Part shown: piece after piece, positions 29,299 to 39,025 of the stretch
Layout of the letters: each line of letters opens with the position of its first letter
Position numbering within the stretch: position 1 is the first letter of the stretch
The notes under the pieces: model-generated
What the model was told of the DNA's origin: nothing
Databases searched by the model: none
Seen by the model: only the letters and a program-made list of their open reading frames with translations
Assembly: GCA_963676565.1 (NCBI GenBank)
Contig: OY781089.1
Coordinates: forward strand, 928,001-992,000
Length of the DNA stretch: 64,000 bases
Direction: 5' to 3'
Source of the DNA: Halarcobacter sp.
Lineage (GTDB): Bacteria > Campylobacterota > Campylobacteria > Campylobacterales > Arcobacteraceae
Translations under genes and position numbers: made by a program

Positions 29299-30324
29299 TT
29301 AGTTCATATCTGGTTTTGGAGTTTTTTCAGTTATAACTGGTAACTGTGGATATGAGATTTCAGGTTTTTTACCTGTTAAAGATTTTAAGAATGTAACAAT
29401 TTGAGAAGTCTCTTTATCTGATATTTTCATTCCTAATTGAATATCACCCATAAGTTTAACAGCTTGACCTAATGACCAAACATTACCATTATGGAAATAT
29501 GGAGCAGTCTCTTCGATGTTTCTTAGAGTTGGAGTTTTAACCATCCCATCTTTTGTTCCTGTAAATCCACCAACATTTAAGTCGTATTTTGAAGCATCAA
29601 ACGGCATCATTGTTCCACCTAAACCAATATCATTGTGACAACTTGCGCAACCTTTGTCAATGAATACTTTAAGACCAGTTTTCTCTTCTTTTGTTAAAGC
29701 AGCAGTGTTACCATGCATAAATGCATCAAATCTTGATGGAGTGATTAAAGTTCTTTCAAATACTGCAATTGTATCTGTGATTAATTCAAAAGTGATTTTT
29801 ACATCTGGACCATATGCTTTTTTGAATTCTGCAACATAATCTGGCATTGATGTAACTCTGTCAAGAACTAAGCTTTTTGGAGCAGCCATTTCAGGACCTG
29901 CTTGAACTGGACCTTGAGCTTGAGCTTCTAAGTGTGGATCTCTACCATCCCAGAATTGAGCTTTGTTTAATACAGAGTTATAAACTGTTGGTGAGTTTAA
30001 GTGAGCTGGATTTGGAGTCCATTTATGACCAACAGCAGCTCCTACACCATCAACACCACCCATAGCTAAATTGTGACATGTATTACATGAAATAATACCA
30101 GATTTAGATAGTCTTGGGTCAAAGTATAGCTTTTTACCTAGTTCAATTTTACAGTCAGTAATAGGGTTTTTAGGATTGTCAACTAGTTTTAGAACTTCTA
30201 GCTTTGATTGTGGAATTGGTTTTAAACCTGCTTTTTTAGCTTGGTCTAATAAATCAGCGTCCCCCGCACCAAACATACTTGAACATGCGAAAACAACAGA
30301 TGCCAAAATTATAGATTTTTTCAT
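29299..30324 (-). CDS. ccp: Dihaem cytochrome c peroxidase
   Basis: LYFDPRLS, CNTCH, GHKW, NSPTV, QFWDGR, CASCH, KTPTLRN, distal Met in LMGDIQLG. Confidence 0.93.
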   Translation of the reverse strand: MKKSIILASVVFACSSMFGAGDADLLDQAKKAGLKPIPQSKLEVLKLVDNPKNPITDCKIELGKKLYFDPRLSKSGIISCNTCHNLAMGGVDGVGAAVGHKWTPNPAHLNSPTVYNSVLNKAQFWDGRDPHLEAQAQGPVQAGPEMAAPKSLVLDRVTSMPDYVAEFKKAYGPDVKITFELITDTIAVFERTLITPSRFDAFMHGNTAALTKEEKTGLKVFIDKGCASCHNDIGLGGTMMPFDASKYDLNVGGFTGTKDGMVKTPTLRNIEETAPYFHNGNVWSLGQAVKLMGDIQLGMKISDKETSQIVTFLKSLTGKKPEISYPQLPVITEKTPKPDMN

Positions 30325-30414
30325 TTCTTTCTCCTCTTATGAAATATAATTACAATTTTAAAGAAAAAAAATGTGGAAATTATGGGAAAATAAAAATAAG
30401 CTAAAAATTCAATT

Positions 30415-31914
30415 CTATTTTTTAAATTTGATAATAAACAAAGCACCAGATTTTGTATTTGTTGCTTCTAGTTTACCATCACTTTTTTCAATTATGATTT
30501 TTGACATATAAAGACCAATACCTAAACCCTTTTCTTTTGTGGTGAAATATGGCTCAAAAATCTTTTGGAGGAGTTCATTTTTTATACCACCTGCATTATC
30601 ACCAATCTCTAATTTAATCTCATTTTTTGAAATTTGAGTTTTAATTGTGATTTTTGGATTTTTAGTATTTCTTTTTAAAAACTCATCTTTTGCATTATTT
30701 AAAATATTAAAAATAACTTGTAAAAATTCTCCTCGATAAGCTTTTATCTCTATACTTTTGTTTAAATTGGTTTCTATTTCAATCTCATGGTGGGCAAAAC
30801 TATCTTTTAACAAATTCATTACTTCATTTACAGAAGCACTTAAATTAAAAATCTCTTTATTATTAGTATTTCTAAAAAAATCTCTAAAATCATCAATAGT
30901 GTTTGACAAATATTTTATTTGTGCATTTGCCATTGTAGTTTTTTTATCAAAATATTCAGGTGTTAACATCTTCTTTTCATAAGCAGTTTTTAAATTCATT
31001 AATAGAAAAGAAAGGTGAGTTAGTGGTTGTCTCCATTGGTGAGCAATATTACCTATCATTTCTCCCATTGATGCAAGTTTACTTTGGTATGTTAAGTTTT
31101 GAAGTTGTTTTTGTGAAGTTATCAGCTTTCTATAAAATAGTGTAAAAAGTGATAGGAAAAGAGCAACTAAAACAAAAAGAATGTTTAGTGTTAAATATAC
31201 ACTATTTTGTGCAGATTCTCTTTGTTTTAATAAGGACTCTTTTGCATCCTTTAAAAGTATATCAATATTGCTGTTTATTGCAATATCTTGATATTTCAAT
31301 TGAAAGTTTATACTCTCTTGTAAAGCTTCTACTTTTTGAATAAAGTTTTTAATAAAGATATTATCAATCTCAAAGTCTAAGTCATAGTATTTGACAATAT
31401 CTATATTATAAGAGCCTTTATTCTCTAGACTTTCAAGGATATCAATTCTTATATTGTTTAGTTTATCGTTTACTTCTTGATCTAAATCTTTTAATTCTTT
31501 ATATGACCTATCTAAAATGATTGAGATTATTCTTTTATTTGCTGCTTTTCTTGCTTTAAATCTTTCTAGCCAAATTGTTTTTTCATTAAATTGAATTAAT
31601 AATTCATCTAAGATTTTGATATATTGGCTTTTAAATTTTGTTGAAACCGCATCGGTTTTTAATTTTTCCAATGAGTTTAAATTATAATTGATATCTTCAT
31701 TTAAAATATCAAAATTGTTAATTTCACTACTACCTTTTATATAGTTATTTAGTTTATTATTTAAAGCAGTGATAATATTTATTTGGTCATTGTGATTAAA
31801 GAAAATTTGAGTATTTTTTTTATGAACTATAATAATATAAATCATAAATAAAAAAACTACAAGTAAAGTTACTAATACTATATAGATATTGTTTTTAATT
31901 AGATATTGTTTCAT
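30415..31914 (-). CDS. Sensor histidine kinase with helical periplasmic domain
   Basis: Two TM segments; IAHQWRQPL, NILNNAKD, DNAGG, GLGIGLY. Confidence 0.9.
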   Translation of the reverse strand: MKQYLIKNNIYIVLVTLLVVFLFMIYIIIVHKKNTQIFFNHNDQINIITALNNKLNNYIKGSSEINNFDILNEDINYNLNSLEKLKTDAVSTKFKSQYIKILDELLIQFNEKTIWLERFKARKAANKRIISIILDRSYKELKDLDQEVNDKLNNIRIDILESLENKGSYNIDIVKYYDLDFEIDNIFIKNFIQKVEALQESINFQLKYQDIAINSNIDILLKDAKESLLKQRESAQNSVYLTLNILFVLVALFLSLFTLFYRKLITSQKQLQNLTYQSKLASMGEMIGNIAHQWRQPLTHLSFLLMNLKTAYEKKMLTPEYFDKKTTMANAQIKYLSNTIDDFRDFFRNTNNKEIFNLSASVNEVMNLLKDSFAHHEIEIETNLNKSIEIKAYRGEFLQVIFNILNNAKDEFLKRNTKNPKITIKTQISKNEIKLEIGDNAGGIKNELLQKIFEPYFTTKEKGLGIGLYMSKIIIEKSDGKLEATNTKSGALFIIKFKK

Positions 31915-32861
31915 TGTACAATAGTAACTTTTCCATTTAAAGATTTTAAAAACTCTTCAATTAAGAAAATCTCCTCATCTGTTAAATCTAATCCTAGTTG
32001 AGCTTTTGCGATAGACCCAATTGCCTCTTTTAGTGTTTTAACTCTTCCATCATGTAAATAAGGAGCTGTTAATGCCACATTTCTAAGTGTTGGTACTTTA
32101 AAGTAGTACTTATCAAAATCATTTTTTGTAACATTGTAAAGTCCAAAGTGTGGATTGTCATTTTCATAAACCTCTTTTTTATCAAGGTTTTTAATTATGC
32201 TATTATCAATAAGTCCAAAACGTGCATATAGTCCTCCACCGATATTAATACCATTGTGGCAAGAAACACAACCTTTTTTTTGAAAAAGTTCATAACCTTT
32301 TTTTTGATTTTGTGTTAATGCATTTTTATCTCCCCTTAGATATTCATCAAAAGCACTAGGGGTTACTAGGGTTTTTTGAAACTCTTCAAGGGCATCACCT
32401 ATATTCTCTTTTGTAATACCATTTTTATAAATATCTCTAAAGGCTTTATTGTATCCCTTGTCATTTTCTAAGGCCTTGATAATATTATCGAAACTATTTC
32501 CCATCTCTTTTGGGTTTGTTAAGGGAAATTGAATTTGGTGGGCTAAATCTTTTGCTCTTCCATCCCACATTTGTCTAAAGTTATAAATAGCATTTAAAAC
32601 AGTTGGCGTGTTTATATCACCTTTTTGTCCCTCTACACCATAAGAAAATTGTAGGTTATCAACTCCACCTAATTCTAGATTGTGACAACTAGCACAAGAG
32701 ACACTATTATCTTTTGATAAAATTGGATCAAAATAAAGTTTTTTACCTAAAAGTGCTTTTTGTTTATCGTATTTAATATTTTTTGGTATAGGTGTGATAT
32801 TTTGAGAAGCATATAAACTCAATAAAAAAAGGTTAAGAAAAACTATTAATATTCTAAGCAT
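31911..32861 (-). CDS. Cytochrome c peroxidase/MauG-family dihaem protein (atypical ligands)
   Basis: CASCH, CVSCH, MWDGRA, FKVPTLRNV, PYLHDG; overlaps kinase start. Confidence 0.88.
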   Translation of the reverse strand: MLRILIVFLNLFLLSLYASQNITPIPKNIKYDKQKALLGKKLYFDPILSKDNSVSCASCHNLELGGVDNLQFSYGVEGQKGDINTPTVLNAIYNFRQMWDGRAKDLAHQIQFPLTNPKEMGNSFDNIIKALENDKGYNKAFRDIYKNGITKENIGDALEEFQKTLVTPSAFDEYLRGDKNALTQNQKKGYELFQKKGCVSCHNGINIGGGLYARFGLIDNSIIKNLDKKEVYENDNPHFGLYNVTKNDFDKYYFKVPTLRNVALTAPYLHDGRVKTLKEAIGSIAKAQLGLDLTDEEIFLIEEFLKSLNGKVTIVQ

Positions 32862-32864
32862 ATT

Positions 32865-33539
32865 TTACCTTACCAAATTTATCTGGTAACCGATGCCAGA
32901 AATATTTTTGATACTTTCTTTAGTTGTTTTCTTTCTAATCTCTCTAACAATAGAACGTAAAGCATCTTCACTCATATATCCATCCCACACATAATTGCTA
33001 AATTCATCATATTTCACTGCTCTATTAGAGTTTTTTATAAGAAGTTCTAGAAAAAGAAGTTCTTTTTTTGTTAATGGAATCTGCATATCTTTTTTAAAAA
33101 GTGTATGGTTTAAGATATCAAAAGAAAAACCTCCAAAGATATTAAAAATTGATTGTTCTTTTACTGCATCCTCTGTACATTTTTCTAAAACATGAAGCAA
33201 AGTATCTTCCATAATAGGTTTAACTAAATACTTAACTAAACCTAGTTCTATAGCATCCATTAAATAAGAGGTTTCTAAATGTGCAGTTGCAACTATGATT
33301 TTTGTAGTTTTATCCTTCTTTCTTATTTGTTTAATCATATCTAAGCCATTTAATTTTGGCATTTTTATATCTGTAATTATAATATCTGGTTTAAGTTCTT
33401 GATATTTTTCTAAACCATCTTCACCATTACAAGCTTCATAAACATTGTCACAATAAAAACGAAGATATTCGACAGCATCTTCTCTAATGAGAGGTTCATC
33501 ATCAATATATAATATTTTTAAATCTTTTAAAATTTCCAT
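32865..33539 (-). CDS. OmpR-family response regulator
   Basis: IDDE, TDIKMPKLNG, KP; wHTH ending GIGYQI. Confidence 0.93.
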   Translation of the reverse strand: MEILKDLKILYIDDEPLIREDAVEYLRFYCDNVYEACNGEDGLEKYQELKPDIIITDIKMPKLNGLDMIKQIRKKDKTTKIIVATAHLETSYLMDAIELGLVKYLVKPIMEDTLLHVLEKCTEDAVKEQSIFNIFGGFSFDILNHTLFKKDMQIPLTKKELLFLELLIKNSNRAVKYDEFSNYVWDGYMSEDALRSIVREIRKKTTKESIKNISGIGYQINLVR

Positions 33540-33638
33540 AAATGTAACTTCTTAGTAATAAATTAATATATAAAACCAACTTATGATTGTGACATTTTAT
33601 TTATGAAGATACTCTTAGATGATAAAAATTATTAAATG

Positions 33639-33676
33639 ATAAGGAATTTATTTTATAAAAAGAATAAACTCCTTAT
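33639..33676 (-). terminator. Hairpin downstream of nirD
   Basis: ATAAGGAATTTATT-N10-AATAAACTCCTTAT. Confidence 0.5.
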
Positions 33677-33691
33677 TTGTTAGAGCGGGTG

Positions 33692-34003
33692 TTAAGGGAT
33701 TTGTACATAGATTAGTTGATTTTCAATTTTTGTTTCATATGTTTTTGAACATTCATAATCTTCACCAATGGCTGAACCATTTTCTAAATTGATATCAGTA
33801 TTATGAAGTGGGCAAGTTACTACATGTTCATGAACTAAACCATCATTTAATTTACCTTGTTTATGTGGACAAATATTGTTTATAGCAAAAATCTCACCAT
33901 CTTTTGTTTTAAAAATAGCAAGTTCTAATTCCCCAAATTCTATTACTCTTGCACCCATTTCTGGGATATTTTCTACTTCTGTGATTTTATACCAATTACT
34001 CAT
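33692..34003 (-). CDS. nirD: Nitrite reductase small subunit (Rieske-type)
   Basis: CPHK...CPLH Rieske motifs; overlaps nirB stop. Confidence 0.92.
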   Translation of the reverse strand: MSNWYKITEVENIPEMGARVIEFGELELAIFKTKDGEIFAINNICPHKQGKLNDGLVHEHVVTCPLHNTDINLENGSAIGEDYECSKTYETKIENQLIYVQIP

Positions 34004-36465
34004 GCTTCTACTCCTTTTGCTTCAAAACTATGTGAATCTTCTGGACTAATTACTATCTTGTCGAACTCTTTTGTAAAGCCATCTTCAATTGCTTTTTTCC
34101 ATGGGTCAACTTGTGCTGTTCTTTGTGATTCATCAAATCTATCTGCGTAATATTTTCTTTTTTCTTCATCTAAAATTACATCTTTTATATATTGTAAGCC
34201 AACCCTTTCACACCAGTGGGCTGTTCTTTCTAAATAGTATGCATCTTCTCTATAAAATTGCATAAAAGCTTTTGTGTATTCAAATACCTCTTCTTCAGTT
34301 TCAACTTTACAAAGTAAATCGGTTATTCTAACTTTAATACCACCATTTCCTGCAATATGTAATTCCCATCCCGAATCAACACCAATTACACCAAAGTCTT
34401 TGATTGTTGCTTCTGCACAGTTTCTTGGACATCCTGATACTGCAATTTTGTATTTGTGTGGAGTCCATGACCCCCAAGTTAATTTTTCTAACTTTACTCC
34501 CATGCCCATAGAATCTTGTGTTCCAAATCTACAATATGTGTTTCCTACGCATGTTTTTACTGTTCTTAAACCCTTTGCATATGCTTGTCCTGATACAAAA
34601 CCACAGTCATTTAAATCTTTCCACATAGGTGCTAATTGTTCCTTTGTAACACCAAACATATCAAGTCTTTGACCACCAGTGAATTTAATAGTTGGAACTT
34701 CATATTTAACAGCAATATCAGCAATATCTTTCAACTCTTTTGGAGTTGTTAATCCACCCCAAATTCTTGGAACAACAGAATATGTTCCATCTTTTTGTAT
34801 ATTTGCAAAGTTTCTATCATTTACTAAGGCACTTCTTTTGTCATTCATATATTTATCATCATTGTATTTAGCTAATAAATAGTAGTTAACTGCTGGTCTA
34901 CATTTTGCGCAACCATCTTGGGTTTTCCAATCAGCTTTTTTGAACACATCGTAAACAGTATCAAATTCACCTTCATCAATGATTTTTTTGATTTCACCAT
35001 GACCTTTATCTGTACAAGCACAAATTCCTTCAGGTGCACTATTGTATTCATCTCCTAAAGTATTTACTAAAATTTGCTCAACTAAACCAACACAAGACCC
35101 ACATGAGGCACCAGCTTTTGTACACCCTTTTACATCCCCAAGTGATTTTAAATCTTTGTCTTTAATAGCATTTACAATATCGCCTTTACAAACACCATTA
35201 CATCCACAAACCTCTTCATCATCACTCATTGAATTTACATCATCTCCACCATGTCCTGAATCACCAAGAGCTGATTTCCCAAATAAAATCTTTGTTCTTA
35301 GGTCACTTATATCTGTATGTTCTTTTAATAATTTTAAATACCATGAAGCATCGGCAGTATCACCATAAAGAACTATTCCTATGATTTTATTATCATAAAT
35401 CACAAGTTTTTTATAAACTCCAACTTTTTCATCAAGTAAGATTAACTCTTCAGTTGTTTCATCTCCTAAATAATCTCCTGCACTAAATAAATCAACCCCT
35501 GAGATTTTAAGTCTTGTTGATAGTGTAGAACCAGAATATCCATCTACTTCTACACCAGCTAGTTTTTTAGCTAAAACTTTTCCTTGTTCATAAAGTGGAG
35601 CAACTAAGCCATAAGTGTTTTTATTGTGCTCAACGCATTCCCCAACTGCATAGATAGAATCATCAGATGTTTTTAGAAAATCATCTACAACAATACCTTT
35701 GTTTGTTTCAAGATTTGCATCTATTGCTAAATCTTTGTTTGGAATAATTCCAGTTGCAAATACAACTAGATTTGAATCAACAATAACCCCATCACTAAAA
35801 GTTACTTTTTCTACTTTTTTAGTTCCTAGAATTTGTTCAACTGTAGTGTTTAGTTTAAACTCTATTCCATAACTTTCTAAGTTTTTTTGTAAAAGTCTAC
35901 CACCAGTTGAGTCTAATTGTTGAGATAAAATTGAACCAGACCTATGAACTAAAATAGTTTTAACGCCATGCATAGCTATACCATAAGCAGCTTCAAGCCC
36001 AAGTAGTCCACCACCAACAACTACAGCAGTTTTTTCTTTATCTATTGTTGACATAATAGTGTCAACATCAGCTTTGTTTCTAAAGGCGATTACATTTTCT
36101 AAATCACTTCCAGATGTAGTAGGGATAAAAGGTTTTGACCCAGTTGCTATTAGAAGTTTGTCATATGAAAGTTCTAATCCAGATTCAGATTTAACTTTTT
36201 TATTTTTTTTATCAATTGAAATTACTTTATCACCTTTGTGTAAAGCAATATGGTTTTCCTCATACCATGAACGATGGTTTATAATAGTATCTTCAAAGGT
36301 TTTTTCACCAGATAAGATATATGAAAGCATAATTCTATTGTAGTTTACATATGGTTCTTCACCAAATATTGTTATTTCATATTTATCTTTTGAATAGTCT
36401 AATAAGTCTTCAATTACACGAAGTCCACTCATCCCATTTCCAATAACTATTAGTTTTTCTTTCAT
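34000..36465 (-). CDS. nirB: NAD(P)H nitrite reductase large subunit
   Basis: IGNGMSG, GGGLLGLEAA, BFD-like Cys clusters, ANIQKDGTYSVVPR, KTCVG...CRFG, GCPRNCAE. Confidence 0.96.
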   Translation of the reverse strand: MKEKLIVIGNGMSGLRVIEDLLDYSKDKYEITIFGEEPYVNYNRIMLSYILSGEKTFEDTIINHRSWYEENHIALHKGDKVISIDKKNKKVKSESGLELSYDKLLIATGSKPFIPTTSGSDLENVIAFRNKADVDTIMSTIDKEKTAVVVGGGLLGLEAAYGIAMHGVKTILVHRSGSILSQQLDSTGGRLLQKNLESYGIEFKLNTTVEQILGTKKVEKVTFSDGVIVDSNLVVFATGIIPNKDLAIDANLETNKGIVVDDFLKTSDDSIYAVGECVEHNKNTYGLVAPLYEQGKVLAKKLAGVEVDGYSGSTLSTRLKISGVDLFSAGDYLGDETTEELILLDEKVGVYKKLVIYDNKIIGIVLYGDTADASWYLKLLKEHTDISDLRTKILFGKSALGDSGHGGDDVNSMSDDEEVCGCNGVCKGDIVNAIKDKDLKSLGDVKGCTKAGASCGSCVGLVEQILVNTLGDEYNSAPEGICACTDKGHGEIKKIIDEGEFDTVYDVFKKADWKTQDGCAKCRPAVNYYLLAKYNDDKYMNDKRSALVNDRNFANIQKDGTYSVVPRIWGGLTTPKELKDIADIAVKYEVPTIKFTGGQRLDMFGVTKEQLAPMWKDLNDCGFVSGQAYAKGLRTVKTCVGNTYCRFGTQDSMGMGVKLEKLTWGSWTPHKYKIAVSGCPRNCAEATIKDFGVIGVDSGWELHIAGNGGIKVRITDLLCKVETEEEVFEYTKAFMQFYREDAYYLERTAHWCERVGLQYIKDVILDEEKRKYYADRFDESQRTAQVDPWKKAIEDGFTKEFDKIVISPEDSHSFEAKGVEA

Positions 36466-36531
36466 GGTTTTTTTCCTTTATTTCTTATTATTTTATTATT
36501 ACAAATTATGGTGGTTTTAAATACAAATAAT

Positions 36532-36548
36532 TGTATATAAAACATACT
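36532..36548. promoter_or_regulatory. Candidate nitrogen-regulon operator upstream of nirB
   Basis: TGTAT-ATAAAAC-ATACT. Confidence 0.5.
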
Positions 36549-36635
36549 ATTAAACTTAAATATAAATTAAAATATTTAAATTTTGATTTTTAAAACCTTC
36601 TTTTAGGCTATTTGAAGCTTAAAAATACATTAAAA

Positions 36636-38360
36636 TTAACTAAGTAAAAGTATACAAACTAATATGAAAAGTATTAGTGTACTACTTTGCCAAAAAATTA
36701 ATGGATTTCTTTGTATTAAAGGTGGTTTTGTTTTTTTCAAAAAGTTTTGATTTGGATTAAATAAGTCATATATAAATTCAGATAGTTCAGAATATCTTTT
36801 TGAGGGCTCAATTTCACATGCTTTTTTAATAGCTTCATCTACCCAAATTGGAAGATTTTTTTTATCTTCATCATAAATAGAAATATATTTTAATTTTTTT
36901 TGTGCTGCTTTTGTAGTTGATTTTGATACATTAACTCCATAGGGAAAAGAGCCAGATAACATTTGGTAAGTTATAACTCCAAGGGCAAAAATATCTGACC
37001 TTGGAGTCCCTTCAAATCCTAAAAAATATTCAGGTGCTGAATACATAGCAGTCCCTTGAATATGAAACTGTTCAGTAAAAGTTGTGATATCATCAAGACC
37101 TGCAACCTTTGTAGAACCAAAATCAATAATTTTTACACAACCACTTTCATCTATCATGATATTTTCAGGACGAATATCTTGATGAATCATCTCTAATTTG
37201 TGAAATGCATACAAACCTTTTGCGATTTGTTCGATGATATCTCTTACTTTTTCTAGTTTTGGCTTTGGATTATCAATCATCCATTGAGTTAAAGTTTGTC
37301 CTTCAATAAACTCTGTTACATTGTATATATAGTTTTGTTTTCTTGTTTGAACAAAAGATTTTACAACATGGGGATTATTAATCTTTTTTGCAATCCAATC
37401 TTCAATTAAGAATTTTTCTAAGTGGGCTTTATCATCTTGTAGTTCTGTTGAAGGGATTTTTAAAACTAACTTTTCCCCACTTTTGATATCTTTTACCACA
37501 TATGTATGGCTTCTACTACTTGATGTTAGATTTCTAATCACTTCAAAACCATCAAATTCTTGCCTTGCTTCAAGTAAAGATGGAACTTTTTTTTCTTCTA
37601 ATTGTTCATTTATCTCTTTTATACTTTTATCTGGAAGATTTGTTATTTTAATAATTTGAAGAGTTAAATTATCATCACTTCCATTTTCCAAAGCTTTTTC
37701 AACTAAAACTCTAGCTGCTGTATCATAATAATCATCATAAATATTTAGTGTTTCATTTATAAATTTGAAATCTAAAAATTCGTAAACACCATCCGTTGCT
37801 AAAATAAATATATCATCTTTTTCAATTGCAATATGTTCGTAATCGATTGTTAACTGTGAGTCTAACCCCATAGCTCTACTTAAATACTCTTCTTGACTTG
37901 AAATTCTTATTCTATGGTCAGTTGTTAAAAGTTGCTCTTTTTTATCTCTTATTCTATAGATTCTTGAATCACCAATATGGAAAATATGTGCAGTATTTGA
38001 TTTCAAAATCATTGAACTTAGAGTGCAAACGTAGCCTTTATCTTTGTCATAAGAGTGAATACTTTTTTTTGATTGGGAAAAAAGCCATGAGTTAGTTGGG
38101 GTTAAAACTCTCATGGCTGATTTTTTTACAGACCAAGTCTGCGAGGTACAATAGTAATCTTCTAAAAAGGAGTTTACGGAAATTTGACTAGCAATATCAC
38201 TTACGTTACTTGAACTAATACCATCAGCAAGTGCAATTGCAATACCTTTGTATTTTAATTGGTGCTCATTTGGAATGCAAATACCATGGAAGTCTTGATT
38301 TACTTCTTTTACACCCTTTGATGAGTATTGTCCATAGCTAATCTGTAATATATTTTTCAT
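36636..38360 (-). CDS. Bifunctional PP2C phosphatase / Hanks-type Ser/Thr kinase with C-terminal membrane anchor
   Basis: NQD, ADGIS, IGDSRIY, TDGV, DDNLT; LKIP, HQDIRPEN, DFG, YSAPE, SDIFALG; terminal TM. Confidence 0.92.
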   Translation of the reverse strand: MKNILQISYGQYSSKGVKEVNQDFHGICIPNEHQLKYKGIAIALADGISSSNVSDIASQISVNSFLEDYYCTSQTWSVKKSAMRVLTPTNSWLFSQSKKSIHSYDKDKGYVCTLSSMILKSNTAHIFHIGDSRIYRIRDKKEQLLTTDHRIRISSQEEYLSRAMGLDSQLTIDYEHIAIEKDDIFILATDGVYEFLDFKFINETLNIYDDYYDTAARVLVEKALENGSDDNLTLQIIKITNLPDKSIKEINEQLEEKKVPSLLEARQEFDGFEVIRNLTSSSRSHTYVVKDIKSGEKLVLKIPSTELQDDKAHLEKFLIEDWIAKKINNPHVVKSFVQTRKQNYIYNVTEFIEGQTLTQWMIDNPKPKLEKVRDIIEQIAKGLYAFHKLEMIHQDIRPENIMIDESGCVKIIDFGSTKVAGLDDITTFTEQFHIQGTAMYSAPEYFLGFEGTPRSDIFALGVITYQMLSGSFPYGVNVSKSTTKAAQKKLKYISIYDEDKKNLPIWVDEAIKKACEIEPSKRYSELSEFIYDLFNPNQNFLKKTKPPLIQRNPLIFWQSSTLILFILVCILLLS

Positions 38361-38411
38361 ACTATTAAACCTTAAGGAAGAACAAAAAATGTTCTTCGTT
38401 AAAGATTACTT

Positions 38412-38852
38412 CTACCAAGATTTGTATGGTAAAAATTTTCCATTCATAGTTATAACTACTCTATCACCAGCTTTGTTTTTTTCTTTATCAATATCCATTG
38501 AAAAGTCAATTGCACTCATAATACCATCACCAAATTTTTCACCAATTAGTTCTTTTATAGTATCTCCATAAACACCAATTACCTCATAAAATCTATAGAC
38601 AACTGGATCAGTAGGTATACTCTTCTCCCAAGTTTTATATGGGAACTCTTGTAAAGTTTTTTCAACTTCTTTTCCTAGTTTTAAAACTTTACAAAGTTTT
38701 TTTGCAGGTTCTTTTGTTAGACTGTTTTGTCCTAAACAAGCTGAAGTTAAAAATACAGCTCCTAATTCTACTTTCGAAGCTATCTCTTCCCAAGAAAGAC
38801 CTAAACTTTTTTTTGCAAATATAATCTCTTCTGTCATTTCAATTTTTGTCAT
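38412..38852 (-). CDS. cynS: Cyanate hydratase (cyanase)
   Basis: PTDP..YRFYE, EKFGDGIMSAIDF, GKFLPY. Confidence 0.96.
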   Translation of the reverse strand: MTKIEMTEEIIFAKKSLGLSWEEIASKVELGAVFLTSACLGQNSLTKEPAKKLCKVLKLGKEVEKTLQEFPYKTWEKSIPTDPVVYRFYEVIGVYGDTIKELIGEKFGDGIMSAIDFSMDIDKEKNKAGDRVVITMNGKFLPYKSW

Positions 38853-39025
38853 ATTACACTCCTTTAAAAGTGTCCCACTTTATAAAGGGACCGTATTGTT
38901 ATTTAGTCTACTTTTTAGTAGGATTTGTAAAAAATCCTTAAAAGTAGAAAAACCTAAAGAGGCAAAGAATTGCCTTTTTTTAAAATCTAAAAGAGAGGTC
39001 TTAAGACCTCTACCTTTTTACGCTA

